Shown here in pieces: positions 1 to 9,903 of a stretch of DNA of 64,000 bases (position 1 is its first letter; each line of letters starts with the position of its first letter). The notes under the pieces are model-generated. The model saw nothing but the letters and a program-made list of their open reading frames with translations, made no database searches and was not told the DNA's origin. Source of the DNA: an uncultured delta proteobacterium (GTDB lineage Bacteria > Desulfobacterota > Binatia > UBA9968); assembly GCA_963745835.1 (NCBI GenBank), contig CAVUZH010000016.1, forward strand, positions 352,001 through 416,000, in the 5' to 3' direction. The position numbers and the translations under genes are program-made.

Positions 1-491
1 CAAAAGCCTGGGTACGGTCTCCTTCAATAGCTCCAGTTGCTTGCCGCTGATCTCAGGAGCTAGCCTGGACAAACCAGTGATGTTCCCGCCGGGCCGAGAA
101 AGACTTGCGACGAACCCATTGCCGACGGGATCCGGATCCTGCGCCATCACGACCGGAATCGTGGCAGTCGCTTCCTTGGCGGCGCTCGTGACGGTCGTAC
201 CAGCCGTGACGATGACATTTACCTTCAGACGCACAAGCTCCGCGGCATGCTGCTTCAGCCGGTCCAAGTTTCCCTCTGAATATCGCCATTCAATGATGAT
301 GTTTTTCCCCCCGATATAGCCAAGCTCGCGCAAACCATGGCGAAATGCGTCGGTACGCGCCGAGATTGGGTAGCGGAGCCGCCGGTTAGAAATCCAATCC
401 TGGGGATTTTCGTTGGCTGCTGCGCCGCGGCTACGACTGCAACAGCAAGCCCTACTACGACAAACAGGATTGATAAGACCGGTTTCCTCAT
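1..491 (-). pseudogene. ABC transporter substrate-binding protein (ABC_sub_bind type), truncated by the window edge, 1-nt frameshift near 368
   Basis: Signal peptide plus QQPTKIPRIGFL; after a frame change it reads ISARTDAFRHGLRELGY..NIIIEWRYSEG..DPDPVGNGFVASLSRPGGNITG, typical of this family. The frameshift may be a sequencing error. Confidence 0.8.
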
Positions 492-1002
492 TGCACACAT
501 GCATTCGCTATGTATCACGCGGGCGGTAGTAGAGAAAGGTGAGATTTACGACGCAAGGCGACAGGGATTCGTTGACTGGGAAGACCAGATATAGTCTAGG
601 ATTGAACTGTACGACGCTTCACTTCAACTGGAAAGATTGGTGGTAGTTCTGCCAATCTCTCCGCTTCGCCCCGATTCACCGACGATGTAACTTTAAGATC
701 GGGTAAGCGATACCGTAAGGCTTCTGAATACAGGGGAAAGACAAACCAGCCGCCGTCCGCGATGGCGTGTGTAGTTGTGTAGTGCCTGGTGTTAAACTTT
801 TTCTTTTCTCCACATAATAACTACCCCCGATCTCAACACTTTTCCCTTTATTCTCGAAAAACTATACACACCTATACACAGCCGGCGCGAAGCCGTACCG
901 GGCGCGGGCGAGCGCATGTGTATACATTTCGGAACCGAGCCTTGCACGCCTAGTCACACCCGTCACGCCTGTATACGTATCGCTTTAACCTGATGTGCGC
1001 CT

Positions 1003-1850
1003 GTATCATCACCTTCCGTAAATCCGGTAGTGGCCCCAAGCGAGTTTTAGAACTGGCTTTCCCTTGTTCGGTGCGGCGTCTGTTGAACGCCGCATAGTCT
1101 TAACGCCCTAGGACAGACTTCTCATGACAATGACGCGGCGCGTCATCATTGCCGTCGCGCGGCATTTTTACCGGTACGACCGCGCTCCTTCCGACTCCCG
1201 TCTGTTCTTCTCGTTTTGCTGGCACGTCGCTTGAAGATTTCCGTGGGTAAGGGGGGAACAGATGAAAACCCGGAAAGAACTTCGGACCTGCACAGAATGT
1301 CATAAGGATTACTCGATCCATCAGAACCACCTCGGCGGAAATGCCGCTGATGGCTCATGGCACGAAGGACTCAATTAGTTCGGTGGCGAAAGCAAAATCG
1401 GTTTACGCTAAACGCGGTGATGCGAATTCTTGTGGCGACTCGCTCGCACTCGCGCTTAAGGAACATTGCCATAGCGAGGATGGCTTCGACGTCGGCAAGT
1501 TCGAACGTGTGCTTAAGGGAAATGACATTGATTTGGAACATCGACCGGCAAACTCACGGTTGGATCGGAAGGTTTCGTATGAACGGAGGCCAAAAGGTAG
1601 CAGCAGCCGCGCGAAAAACGGATACATTTTAGTCAGTGGTGAAAAGGTCCGAGCGCCCGGAGCGAAGAGCATGGACGAAAGTCAAAGCGGTTGTAGTCGA
1701 GAGTTAAAGCCGCCTTAGTAAAAGATAGGTTGCCCGCTTAATTGGTCCCCTTGCAGACGAATAGAAACAGCGCTTGTGAAAGGTATGTATGGGCTAGCTT
1801 AAAAAGATATCCATACCTCGATCGCTCCAGGTTATCTTAGGCTTAGGATG
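1003..1850. repeat. Degenerate module copy A, homologous to 8140-8591
   Basis: Blocks shared with copy B in the same order: CCGGTAGT..GAGTTTTAGAACTG, AAACTCACGGTTGGAT, GGATACATT, AAAAGGTCCGAGCGCCCGG, GAGTTAAAGC, AAACAGCGC, GCTTAGGATG. Confidence 0.75.
1350..1718 (+). pseudogene. Small basic hypothetical protein with about two frameshifts, possibly of mobile-element origin
   Basis: Stitched frames give ..CGDSLALALK..GFDVGKFERVL..WNIDRQTHGWIGRFRMNG..NGYILVSGEKVRAPGAK; the 3' half recurs at 8326-8489. Confidence 0.45.
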
Positions 1851-2063
1851 CTCTCTTTCTTCCTCGGAGAGTCTTTGATCAGTGAACTCTCATTAAAGCC
1901 ATCTGTCTTGACCCAATCCGCGATCGCTTCGACGACACGGATATCGCAGTACGAAGAGCTGTGAAACAGCTTGCCTGAATCAACGCTGAACACCGGGTCG
2001 AGCCACTGCTTTGGAGACCCACACGACTTGCAAGGCAGGGATAAAGTGAGGCTCCGATGTAGC

Positions 2064-2432
2064 CTATAATTCCTTATCGGTGACTGCTCGGTGAATTATT
2101 TCCAGCAGCTCACTCGGCATGAAAGGCTTTGTCAGGACTCGTAATAGTTCGGGGCGCGGTATGACCTCCATCATTGCCGTCGGATCACCGCTTATAAGCA
2201 CTATCGGAATGCCTTTTAACTTGTGGCGTATGCGCTTCACCAACTCCACACCATCCAACCCTGGCATTCTGATGTCGGATACAACAACATTGAAACGGCT
2301 GTTATCGAGCTGTTTGAGCGCCTCAAAGCCGTCGTGGGCTTGTTCTACTTCAAGTCCCATTAGTCTCAGGTAGATAGTTAGTGCTTGGAGATTATTTACG
2401 TCGTCTTCGACCAACAGGACCTTTGTGACCAC
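2064..2432 (-). CDS. Single-domain response regulator (receiver)
   Basis: VLLVEDD, SDIRMPGLDG (phospho-Asp) and KPF motifs; start codon uncertain. Confidence 0.9.
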   Translation of the reverse strand: MVTKVLLVEDDVNNLQALTIYLRLMGLEVEQAHDGFEALKQLDNSRFNVVVSDIRMPGLDGVELVKRIRHKLKGIPIVLISGDPTAMMEVIPRPELLRVLTKPFMPSELLEIIHRAVTDKEL

Positions 2433-2534
2433 AAAAAACGCGTCCGCAATATTCGGACCGTACAAAGGACATCGGAATGCTTCTTCATGTCAGAATTACG
2501 TTGCATAACTGGGATAATCTTCTTCGGCCATGCG

Positions 2535-3722
2535 TCACGGGTGAGATAACAAACGGTCACGTAATGACGGAGGGTACGCCGCGTGATGCTCGGTCCCGGC
2601 ACAAGGCAGCCGTACCTCGAACGTGGTCCCCTCCTGCGCAGTCGAAGTGACGCTTATCTTCCCGGCGTGCGCTTCAACGATCTTCCCCGTGATATAAAGG
2701 CCAATTCCTAAATGGCCGAGTTCAGTCGTCATGCCTCCATTCTCGGTTCGTCTCTGGGCGGAAAAATCAAATGTTGTCGGAATTTTGGACGCCGCTATAG
2801 GCGGACCATCATTATGTACTTGAATCACGATTTCACCGCCCGCTATCCAACTAGCGATGCCTATTGGGCTTGTTTCAGCCCCATGCTGAATCGCATTGGC
2901 GATCAGGTTCGATAGCATCTGTCGAATACGAACCTCGTCAACAGCACATTGAGCTTCTTCATTGCAATTGAGTTCGATAGTCCGGTTCGGGTGTGCTGCC
3001 GAAAACGATGCCACAGTCGATTCAAGAATCGGGCGAAGGCACATAGGCTCCCGTTTTACTGAAAGCGAGCGGCCCAGTCGTGTGCCAGTGAAGTCGAGCA
3101 ATGTGTCTATCAACTTGCTCATCTGCATGCCGCTGTCAAAGATAATAGAGCTAAGCGTTGCGATCGTCTCGTCATCACGCGCTTTCGCTATCTTGAGGCA
3201 TTCTGCCGACGTTATCACCGCGTTTAGTGGGTTGCGTAAGTCATGGGCTAGAACGGCGAGGGCAAAATCTCGGGCTGCCTCAACTTCCTGCATAAAGCGC
3301 ATGGTCGACTCACCAAGAGCTTGATCAAGTCCTTCATTGAACCGGGTTAGTTGATAAAGATCGGATGCGTCAGGCTGCGGTGAGCTGGCGAGCCAGAGTC
3401 GAATGACAGATGCGCGGAGGGCGCGGTATTCGGAAACGACTTGTACTTGGTTGAAACCCGTCCGAAGACGCTGGGTACTATGAGTTTCTGCGGCAGTTTC
3501 CGGGTCTCTGATAGGTGCGAGACCCTTCGACTTTTCGGCCTGCTCTAAGTCCGTTTGCGTTGTTTCCATGTCCAAGGCGATAGCCTTTAGGATTTCCGGC
3601 GCATGATCACGCAACGCAAGTTTATCTAAGTTCGTCGCGGGAAGGATCGTTCCCGCAAAAGATTCCCATTCAGCGAGAATCTCGGCCATATTCGACAGAA
3701 TAAATTCTGATAGACGCACCAT
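2535..3722 (-). CDS. Cytoplasmic sensor histidine kinase with RsbRD_N-like N-terminal domain
   Basis: H-box LAHDLRNPL, N-box NLIANAIQHG, G2 LGIGLYI; N-terminus RLSEFILSNMAEILAEWE; AAGGAG SD before ATG. Confidence 0.9.
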   Translation of the reverse strand: MVRLSEFILSNMAEILAEWESFAGTILPATNLDKLALRDHAPEILKAIALDMETTQTDLEQAEKSKGLAPIRDPETAAETHSTQRLRTGFNQVQVVSEYRALRASVIRLWLASSPQPDASDLYQLTRFNEGLDQALGESTMRFMQEVEAARDFALAVLAHDLRNPLNAVITSAECLKIAKARDDETIATLSSIIFDSGMQMSKLIDTLLDFTGTRLGRSLSVKREPMCLRPILESTVASFSAAHPNRTIELNCNEEAQCAVDEVRIRQMLSNLIANAIQHGAETSPIGIASWIAGGEIVIQVHNDGPPIAASKIPTTFDFSAQRRTENGGMTTELGHLGIGLYITGKIVEAHAGKISVTSTAQEGTTFEVRLPCAGTEHHAAYPPSLRDRLLSHP

Positions 3723-3980
3723 GTCTCCTTGCAACTAATTATGTATGAATGGATTAAGAGCTGATCCCTAATGCCCTTTAGCTATAACATGCGAGTGAAT
3801 CCATCGCTACGACTTCGCCGTCGAGTAGTGTACGCGGCGGAAGCTGTTCCACATGCTTTGGCAATGTTCGGGAATTGCGACGGCGTTCGAGCAGACGGTA
3901 TATCGGAGTTATTTTGGTTCAACTCGACGTGATTCCAAATTCACTTGCCCGCGCTGGCTCGTTTTTATGCTTGGTATTTC

Positions 3981-4916
3981 TCACGACAGCTGCTGGTTGT
4001 GGTCATAGGCTTTGCCGGGGACGGGTCTGAGGTCCCAGATGAGTCCAATGGCGGCGAAAAACTTAAGAGCATAGTACGTCAAATCGATTTCCCACCAATA
4101 AAATCCTTGTCGGGTACAACTCCTAAACTTGTGATGGTTGTTGTGCCAACCTTCGCCTAGGGTAAACAAAGCGAGCATAAAATTATTGCGGCTATCGTCA
4201 CCTGTGTCATAGCGGCGGCGGCCGATCAGATGCGCCAGCGAATTGATGCTCGCCGTGGCATGAAACAACATTATCGTACTAACCACGAAACCCCAGACTA
4301 CTAGCTGCCACCCTGTAACTCCCAAAGATGGAGCGGCGTAATGAAGCAAACGACCGACGAAGTAAAGCGTCACTGCAAGAATGATTGGAACGATCACGTC
4401 AAAACGATTCAACCATCGCAACTCGGGGAAGCGGGCAAAGTCCTGTACGCGGCGATAGTCCGTTAAGAAATGCCGATTGGTCATGAACCATCCGATGTGT
4501 GATCGCCAGAAACCATGTCGAATCGGTGAGTGGGGATCGGGTTGCATATCGGAAAATTTATGATGACTCCGATGATGCGCGGCCCACCACAGCGGCCCAC
4601 GTTGCGCTGACGATGCACCTAATAACGCAAACACAAATTGCATCCATCGCGACGTCCGGTATGTGCGGTGCGAAAAGTAACGATGGTATATACCTGTGAT
4701 AGCAAACATGCGTACTACATAAAGGCCCAGCGCAGTGCATAAGGCGAAGCCACTCCATCCCACCCACCACACGGCGAGACACGCCAGATGAAGCAGCAGA
4801 AACGGTAAGCAGCGGCACCAATTGATGCGATCTACATTAGAGGCGTCTGTCGCGGGCGCCGAAACATTTTGTTCAGAATCGATCCATTGGGAAAAGTAAC
4901 TGACTAAATTATGCAT
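3981..4916 (-). CDS. Membrane fatty acid (acyl-CoA delta-9-like) desaturase
   Basis: Three His boxes HRYFSH, HRSHH and HNNHH; GEGWHNNHH; hydrophobic segments. Confidence 0.92.
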   Translation of the reverse strand: MHNLVSYFSQWIDSEQNVSAPATDASNVDRINWCRCLPFLLLHLACLAVWWVGWSGFALCTALGLYVVRMFAITGIYHRYFSHRTYRTSRWMQFVFALLGASSAQRGPLWWAAHHRSHHKFSDMQPDPHSPIRHGFWRSHIGWFMTNRHFLTDYRRVQDFARFPELRWLNRFDVIVPIILAVTLYFVGRLLHYAAPSLGVTGWQLVVWGFVVSTIMLFHATASINSLAHLIGRRRYDTGDDSRNNFMLALFTLGEGWHNNHHKFRSCTRQGFYWWEIDLTYYALKFFAAIGLIWDLRPVPGKAYDHNQQLS

Positions 4917-5002
4917 ACACCTTTCTTAAACGCACGCACAGCAACACTGCCGTTAGTCGTTCATCTAGTTAATGAGTTAATTGAAGGAGCACGCAGGACA
5001 GC

Positions 5003-5017
5003 GCAATTGATGTGCCA
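5003..5017 (-). promoter_or_regulatory. Sigma-54 (-24/-12) promoter for the desaturase
   Basis: Minus strand TGGCAC-ATCAA-TTGC, exact TGGCAC-N5-TTGC consensus, about 85 nt upstream of the ATG. Confidence 0.7.
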
Positions 5018-5369
5018 GAATTATCTGACGTGATAGTTGCTGCATCGTGCCGGTAACGCAACGATTTGATGTGTTGTGTGTCAGATCAAACCCGCGGTCT
5101 CACTAAGGAGCAAAAAAATTCTTGACCCGAAATCTGGGCAGGACCTAACTGGAGCGCGAAGGTTTAGCTGATCTCTTACGTCGGTTAGCATCTGACGTTC
5201 ACGGGCTATAAAGAGGCCACTCGGATAGTGACTGCTGAGTTTTCATTTTCAACTGTCGCTGTCCTGAATATAGCTCGATTGCTTCGTAGCTATTCTTAAC
5301 CGTGAAACGTTTTTGAGGCACTCGCGTATCGAAGAGTAATGTTTTAACGCAAATGCTGGCCACGCTCCT

Positions 5370-5384
5370 TGGCACGTGGCTTGC
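5370..5384 (+). promoter_or_regulatory. Sigma-54 (-24/-12) promoter for the stress protein gene
   Basis: TGGCAC-GTGGC-TTGC, exact consensus, upstream of the ATG at 5561. Confidence 0.7.
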
Positions 5385-5560
5385 GCTACAGTAATCGTAG
5401 GTTAGTCCTCTTCTCGACAGTCAATCCCCAAACTGGCCGCGCATCGTTCTAAGCCGAAGAGAAATCGCCGGCGATTTTGTCGTTTAACACGCAGCGGATG
5501 TAAGAAGGTGAGGAGTAAAATTGTTTCATCAACCTAAGAATCATAAGAAGGAGAATCAGA

Positions 5561-6686
5561 ATGCCGAATGTTGTTGGTTTGTTCGATAGCCGATCCGAAG
5601 CACACTCCACAGTGCAGCAGCTGGTAAATTCCGGTTTCGACCGCGAAGATATCAGCCTCGTTTCCCAAGACACTGATAGAGAGTCAAACGAAGGTAAAAC
5701 TCATCCGGGAATTAGTGGGTCGGATCTCTCCGATACCGAAGGATGATACCAGCGGAGCTCTCAAGGGCGCGGGCATCGGTGCCGCTCTGGGTGGAATTGG
5801 TGGACTACTGGCGGGAATTGCTGGGCTTGCTATTCCCGTTATCGGACCTATCGTCGCAGCCGGACCGATTGCAGCTGCACTGACCGCCGCCTTGGGTGGC
5901 GCGGGAGTCGGTGCCGCCACAGGCGGTTTGATCGGCGCCTTGACCGATATGGGCGTCCCTGAACACGAAGCCAAGCACTATCAAGATCAGGTCGGACGTG
6001 GAAAAACACTCGTGATAGTCAGAGCAAGCGACGACGATTCCGCGGAGCGTGCGGCGGATATCTTGGAATCTTGCGGCGCTGAGAAAATTGCTGGGCGCGA
6101 GACTGATACTGATTACAGCGCTGATCGTCCAAGCGCATTCGGCGGAGAGACCCAGTCCCGTGATGATGAGTTTAGCGAACGCCAGACACTCCGTGATGAC
6201 AGGTCTGAAGTTAATCCTGGCGAGCGCGACATTAACTACCGAACGGCGCGAGTAGACGAATCAGGAGTAAGAGCCGGTCAAGAGAGCTTCAGCCCGGAGG
6301 ATCGAGTCATTCCAGTGACTGAAGAACAGTTGGTTGTTGGAAAGCGGGCTGTGCAAAGCGGACGCGTACGTATTTACGGCCGTGCCACTGAGAAGCCGGT
6401 CGAACAATCAGTGCAACTACAGAGTGAACGGGTAACGGTTGATCGACGTGCGGTAGATCGGCCTGTTGGCGCCGGCGATAAAAAAGATGACGTTGTAATC
6501 GAGATTACTGAAACGAAAGAGGAGCCGGTTATCGGCAAACAAGAACGCGTCGTTGAGGAAATCGTTATTGGCAAAACGACAGAGGAACACACCGAAACGG
6601 TGCGCGACACCGTGCGTCGTAAAGACGTCGAAATAGAAAGAACTGGTAATGAGGAAAGATTGAGAGAAGAAGACAACCGACGTTAA
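5561..6686 (+). CDS. General stress protein (YflT-like N-terminus, Gly-rich hydrophobic segment, YsnF/AvaK DUF2382 C-terminus), frameshift near 5735
   Basis: AAGGAG SD; VVGLFDSRSEA..DISLV; GLAIPVIGPIVAAGP; IPVTEEQLVVGKR..RVVEEIVIGK..DTVRRKDVEIE; split across ORFs 5561-5746 and 5715-6686. Confidence 0.85.
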
Positions 6687-6705
6687 TTCACTTCACTGGA
6701 TTGAA

Positions 6706-6738
6706 TGGTCGCCCCTCTTGCATCAAAGAGGGCGACCA
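6706..6738 (+). terminator. Stem-loop after the YsnF-type gene
   Basis: TGGTCGCCCCTCTTG..CAAAGAGGGCGACCA imperfect inverted repeat 20 nt after the stop. Confidence 0.55.
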
Positions 6739-6793
6739 ACAATTCTTCTTTCCCGCCGTACAGGTTCAAAAAGCTAAGTATCGAGGAGATGTC

Positions 6794-6919
6794 ATGGCAC
6801 TCCCAGTAACCGCCAGTCATTGCATCTGCACGCATCGCGATCATCAAGGCAGACCATGTCCGAATACCGATTTCGATGCCCAAACATTACTCTGTTCAAC
6901 TTGCAAAACAGGCCATTGA
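6794..6919 (+). CDS. Putative 41-aa Cys/His-rich small protein
   Basis: GAGGAG SD; MALPVTASHCICTHRDHQGRPCPNTDFDAQTLLCSTCKTGH. Confidence 0.45.
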   Translation: MALPVTASHCICTHRDHQGRPCPNTDFDAQTLLCSTCKTGH

Positions 6920-7273
6920 AAAACCAGTCGCTTTGTTTTCAGGATATTCCCAAGAGCACCTGCCTGGTTTAATTTCGCATTGACGCCATTATACCGGCCG
7001 CAATGGTCACGAATGAAACACGCTGGGGCGCAGGGTATTTTCTTTACAATCGATCAGCAGTTTAGACGGACGGGGAAGCCGTTGCGATCTGTTGGACGTC
7101 GGTGAATGTGAGCAAACGACAGTAAGCAATTGAGATTGAGAGACGGTGAGTTTTCCGGTTTGGAGCGGCAAAGAAACTGCGGGAGAAATCGATGCGCAGA
7201 ACTTGCTCGTCGAGATCGGCAGCGAGCCGCTCGAAGGCTCACGCTTCGAGATTGAGCCTTCGAGGTTACCTAA

Positions 7274-7804
7274 GTGATGATATTGCTGGATAGGTTGGAT
7301 GCGTTCGATGGTGAAGAGCTGACCGTCATCATCGAGACGCCCAAAGGCTCCCAGAACAAGTACGCCTACGACCCGCGGTTTGGAACCTTCGTGCTTGACG
7401 GTGTATTGCCCGCTGGCGCCGTCTTCCCTTTTGACTTCGGCTTCGTGCCGTCAACGATTGGGGATGACGGTGATCCCCTCGACGTGCTGGTTCTCATGGA
7501 TGCCGCCGCGTTTACCGGCTGTATCGTTGCGTCACGGCTGATCGGCGTCATCGAGGCTGAGCAGACGGAGAACAGCAAGACCTTTCGGAACGACCGGCTG
7601 ATCGCAGTTGCAGCGAAATCGATCACGCATCGATCGCTTGGCGACATCAGTGATGTAAGCGACGACTTGGTCGGCCAAATCGAGCACTTCTTCATCTCCT
7701 ACAACATGGCAAAGGGCAAGACGTTCGAGCCGAAGGGGCGTTCCGGACAGGAGCGGGCGTTGGCGCTCGTAAGGACGGGCATGGCGCGAGCCGACAGAGC
7801 TTGA
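7274..7804 (+). CDS. ppa: Family I inorganic pyrophosphatase
   Basis: IETPKGSQNKY, FDFGFVPST, DGDPLDV signature, IEHFFISYN. Confidence 0.92.
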   Translation: MMILLDRLDAFDGEELTVIIETPKGSQNKYAYDPRFGTFVLDGVLPAGAVFPFDFGFVPSTIGDDGDPLDVLVLMDAAAFTGCIVASRLIGVIEAEQTENSKTFRNDRLIAVAAKSITHRSLGDISDVSDDLVGQIEHFFISYNMAKGKTFEPKGRSGQERALALVRTGMARADRA

Positions 7805-8139
7805 TCGAGGTGGGCATTCCGATCTCGGCCACCCGATAATGCATCCCGCTGCAAACTCTCGCTTCGTTTAAACTTGGTAGTAAACGGATTGCATAACGAT
7901 CCGGCGGATCCGGACGACGAAGAATCCGCGCCGTCTCGATGCACAGATTGGGAGCCTTAGGAACGAACAGCACATAGTGCAGGACAAGAGGGTAGAACCC
8001 CTTGATGTGCGTTCCGTATCATTCTTAACACCTAGTGAATTCGAGTCTCAGTTATTAAATGAGTTGCTCTGTCGAGTGGCGGTGTCCGTTTGAAGGTAAC
8101 CAATTTGGTTATCCGAGTTCCTTTAGTTGCGTAATCCTC

Positions 8140-8591
8140 TCATTACCTTCGTTGGTGCCCGGTAGTAGTCCTCAACTGAGTTTTAGAACTGTCTACCCCG
8201 CGTTTGGTTCAGCGTTCGTCAGATGACGTGGTTCTTTTGTTGCTGTCACATTGAACATCTCAAAACAAAACGCTCCGCAATGAAGGCTCCGGCAACAATA
8301 AGATCCGGCATCCGGTACTGCTCAACCGGGAAACTCACGGTTGGATGGGACGGTTCCGTATGGACGGGCGCCAAAAGCTGGCAGCGGACGCCCGAAACCG
8401 GATACATTCTAGCCAGCGGTAAAAAGGTCCGAGCGCCCGGCGCGAAGAAACGCGGTCGAAAGCCAAAAATGGTTGAAGCGGCGAGTTAAAGCGCGCCGCT
8501 TGGAAACGAAGTAAAACAGCGCCCGTGCGAAAGTAACCCATTCGCAAACCGGCGCCGATGCGTTATGAATTAGATTCTTGCGCTTAGGATG
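8140..8591. repeat. Degenerate module copy B, internally shortened homolog of 1003-1850
   Basis: Same colinear blocks as copy A; lacks the counterpart of about 1100-1545. Confidence 0.75.
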
Positions 8592-8608
8592 AGAAATATT
8601 CGGAGATC

Positions 8609-9772
8609 CTATTGCTCATTTTCGACTTCCGGCAAGTTTGGATAATACTCCCGCACAAAGTCGCTCTGTCTCGGTACGCACGTCACTCTGACGTCCGCGG
8701 TTCGAACGTGCGCGAAAAGCGGTCCATCTAAACTTACCAAGGAGAATGTCGGCTCCTTCTGTTCATTATCCAATAACCCAAGCAAACCGCTTGGTTGAGA
8801 AGGAGTTACCCGGCACCGAATTGATTCTCCCCGATTTAGAGTCCTGACCACTATCCGGTCAGTGGGACTAAACGGTCCAGTCTGACGATCACTCCATAGC
8901 TCGACTCCGTCCGTGATGGCCTCAATTTTGTGCTCGTATAACAAATCGAAATCGATAGCACCGGGGATCCATTCTGCATGCTGAATGCATAGCGCAATAC
9001 TAACGAAAGTCGTCAAGCAGAACTGAGCGGCGGAATCGTGCCAGTTGCCCGGATGCCCAAATCGCGCTTGATTCCATTTGAGCGACGGTTCCCCATCTGC
9101 GGTCTCAACAACCCGTGGCAGGAACTCCTGAAGCGTTAAATAGTCATTGCCGTTAACACCAAATGCAGACAATTTTATCGCATCTTCAGCTTTGGCCACA
9201 CCGGCCTGCAGCCCTCTAAGGGCGGAATTATCAAGGAAAAGGCTATGTGCTGCCAGCGCGAGGTGCTCCAGAACACTTCGAGGATTGTTGTCCCGGTAGG
9301 CAACCATGGCATTATCGTAATGTCGTTTGACGTCTTCGTTCCCGATAAGACTTGCTTCATCGAGTTCGTCGAGAGGCAACCCTAAGTACTCTTCACACCA
9401 GCCGGATACGTAGGAGTAGGCGTTCTCTCCAACGCGATACCACTGGTGCGGATCGGGAAATATGCCGTAGTGCTTGATATTCGTGCGGACGCGATTCAGT
9501 TGGTTGAAGTAGTCGCGCCCATCAACCTCCCGCTCGGGATGTCCCGCGCGAATAGCGGGAAAATAGTCCATAAGATAGGTCTGCGCTGATTTTGGCAACC
9601 GCCCAAGATGACGCACAACGGCAGCAAGCGCCAATTCTGCAGCATCATGAGCAGTCAAAATATGACTGGCGAGAGTCTGTCGATCCGATCGTGGTACACC
9701 GGAGAAGCGAATGCGACCGAGTAGGTCCTTGGCGAGCAGTAAACGTTCGATTACGTGTTGAGCCAAAGCCAT
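8609..9772 (-). CDS. Hypothetical protein with HEPN-like N-terminal domain
   Basis: 387-aa ORF with GAGG SD; HDAAELAL helix and LNRVRTNIKHYG (R-x4-H). Confidence 0.65.
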   Translation of the reverse strand: MALAQHVIERLLLAKDLLGRIRFSGVPRSDRQTLASHILTAHDAAELALAAVVRHLGRLPKSAQTYLMDYFPAIRAGHPEREVDGRDYFNQLNRVRTNIKHYGIFPDPHQWYRVGENAYSYVSGWCEEYLGLPLDELDEASLIGNEDVKRHYDNAMVAYRDNNPRSVLEHLALAAHSLFLDNSALRGLQAGVAKAEDAIKLSAFGVNGNDYLTLQEFLPRVVETADGEPSLKWNQARFGHPGNWHDSAAQFCLTTFVSIALCIQHAEWIPGAIDFDLLYEHKIEAITDGVELWSDRQTGPFSPTDRIVVRTLNRGESIRCRVTPSQPSGLLGLLDNEQKEPTFSLVSLDGPLFAHVRTADVRVTCVPRQSDFVREYYPNLPEVENEQ

Positions 9773-9903
9773 TTATTCTTTCCTCGTGAGCAATTTGGGC
9801 ACCACCTCTAAGTTCGTCTGAGATATAAGAGCGAGATCAACTTACCGTCTCGCGACGCTCCTCCACGTGTAGTCCTGGTGTACTCCCCGAACCTTTAATC
9901 ACT

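Noticed and set aside
1042-1055. GAGTTTTAGAACTG (also at about 8179) resembles the start of a type II-A CRISPR repeat
   Set aside because: Only two copies 7 kb apart inside a longer degenerate duplication; no spacers or cas genes
1850-2060. Open minus-strand stretch (..LFHSSSYCDIRVVEAIADW..)
   Set aside because: No start codon or recognisable family; at most a gene remnant
5744-5746. TGA ending ORF 5561-5746 as possible selenocysteine
   Set aside because: Homology continues in a different frame and there is no Cys-type motif; it is a frameshift
8036-8052. TTCGAGTC resembling a tRNA T-loop or att site
   Set aside because: No cloverleaf, no acceptor stem and no second copy seen
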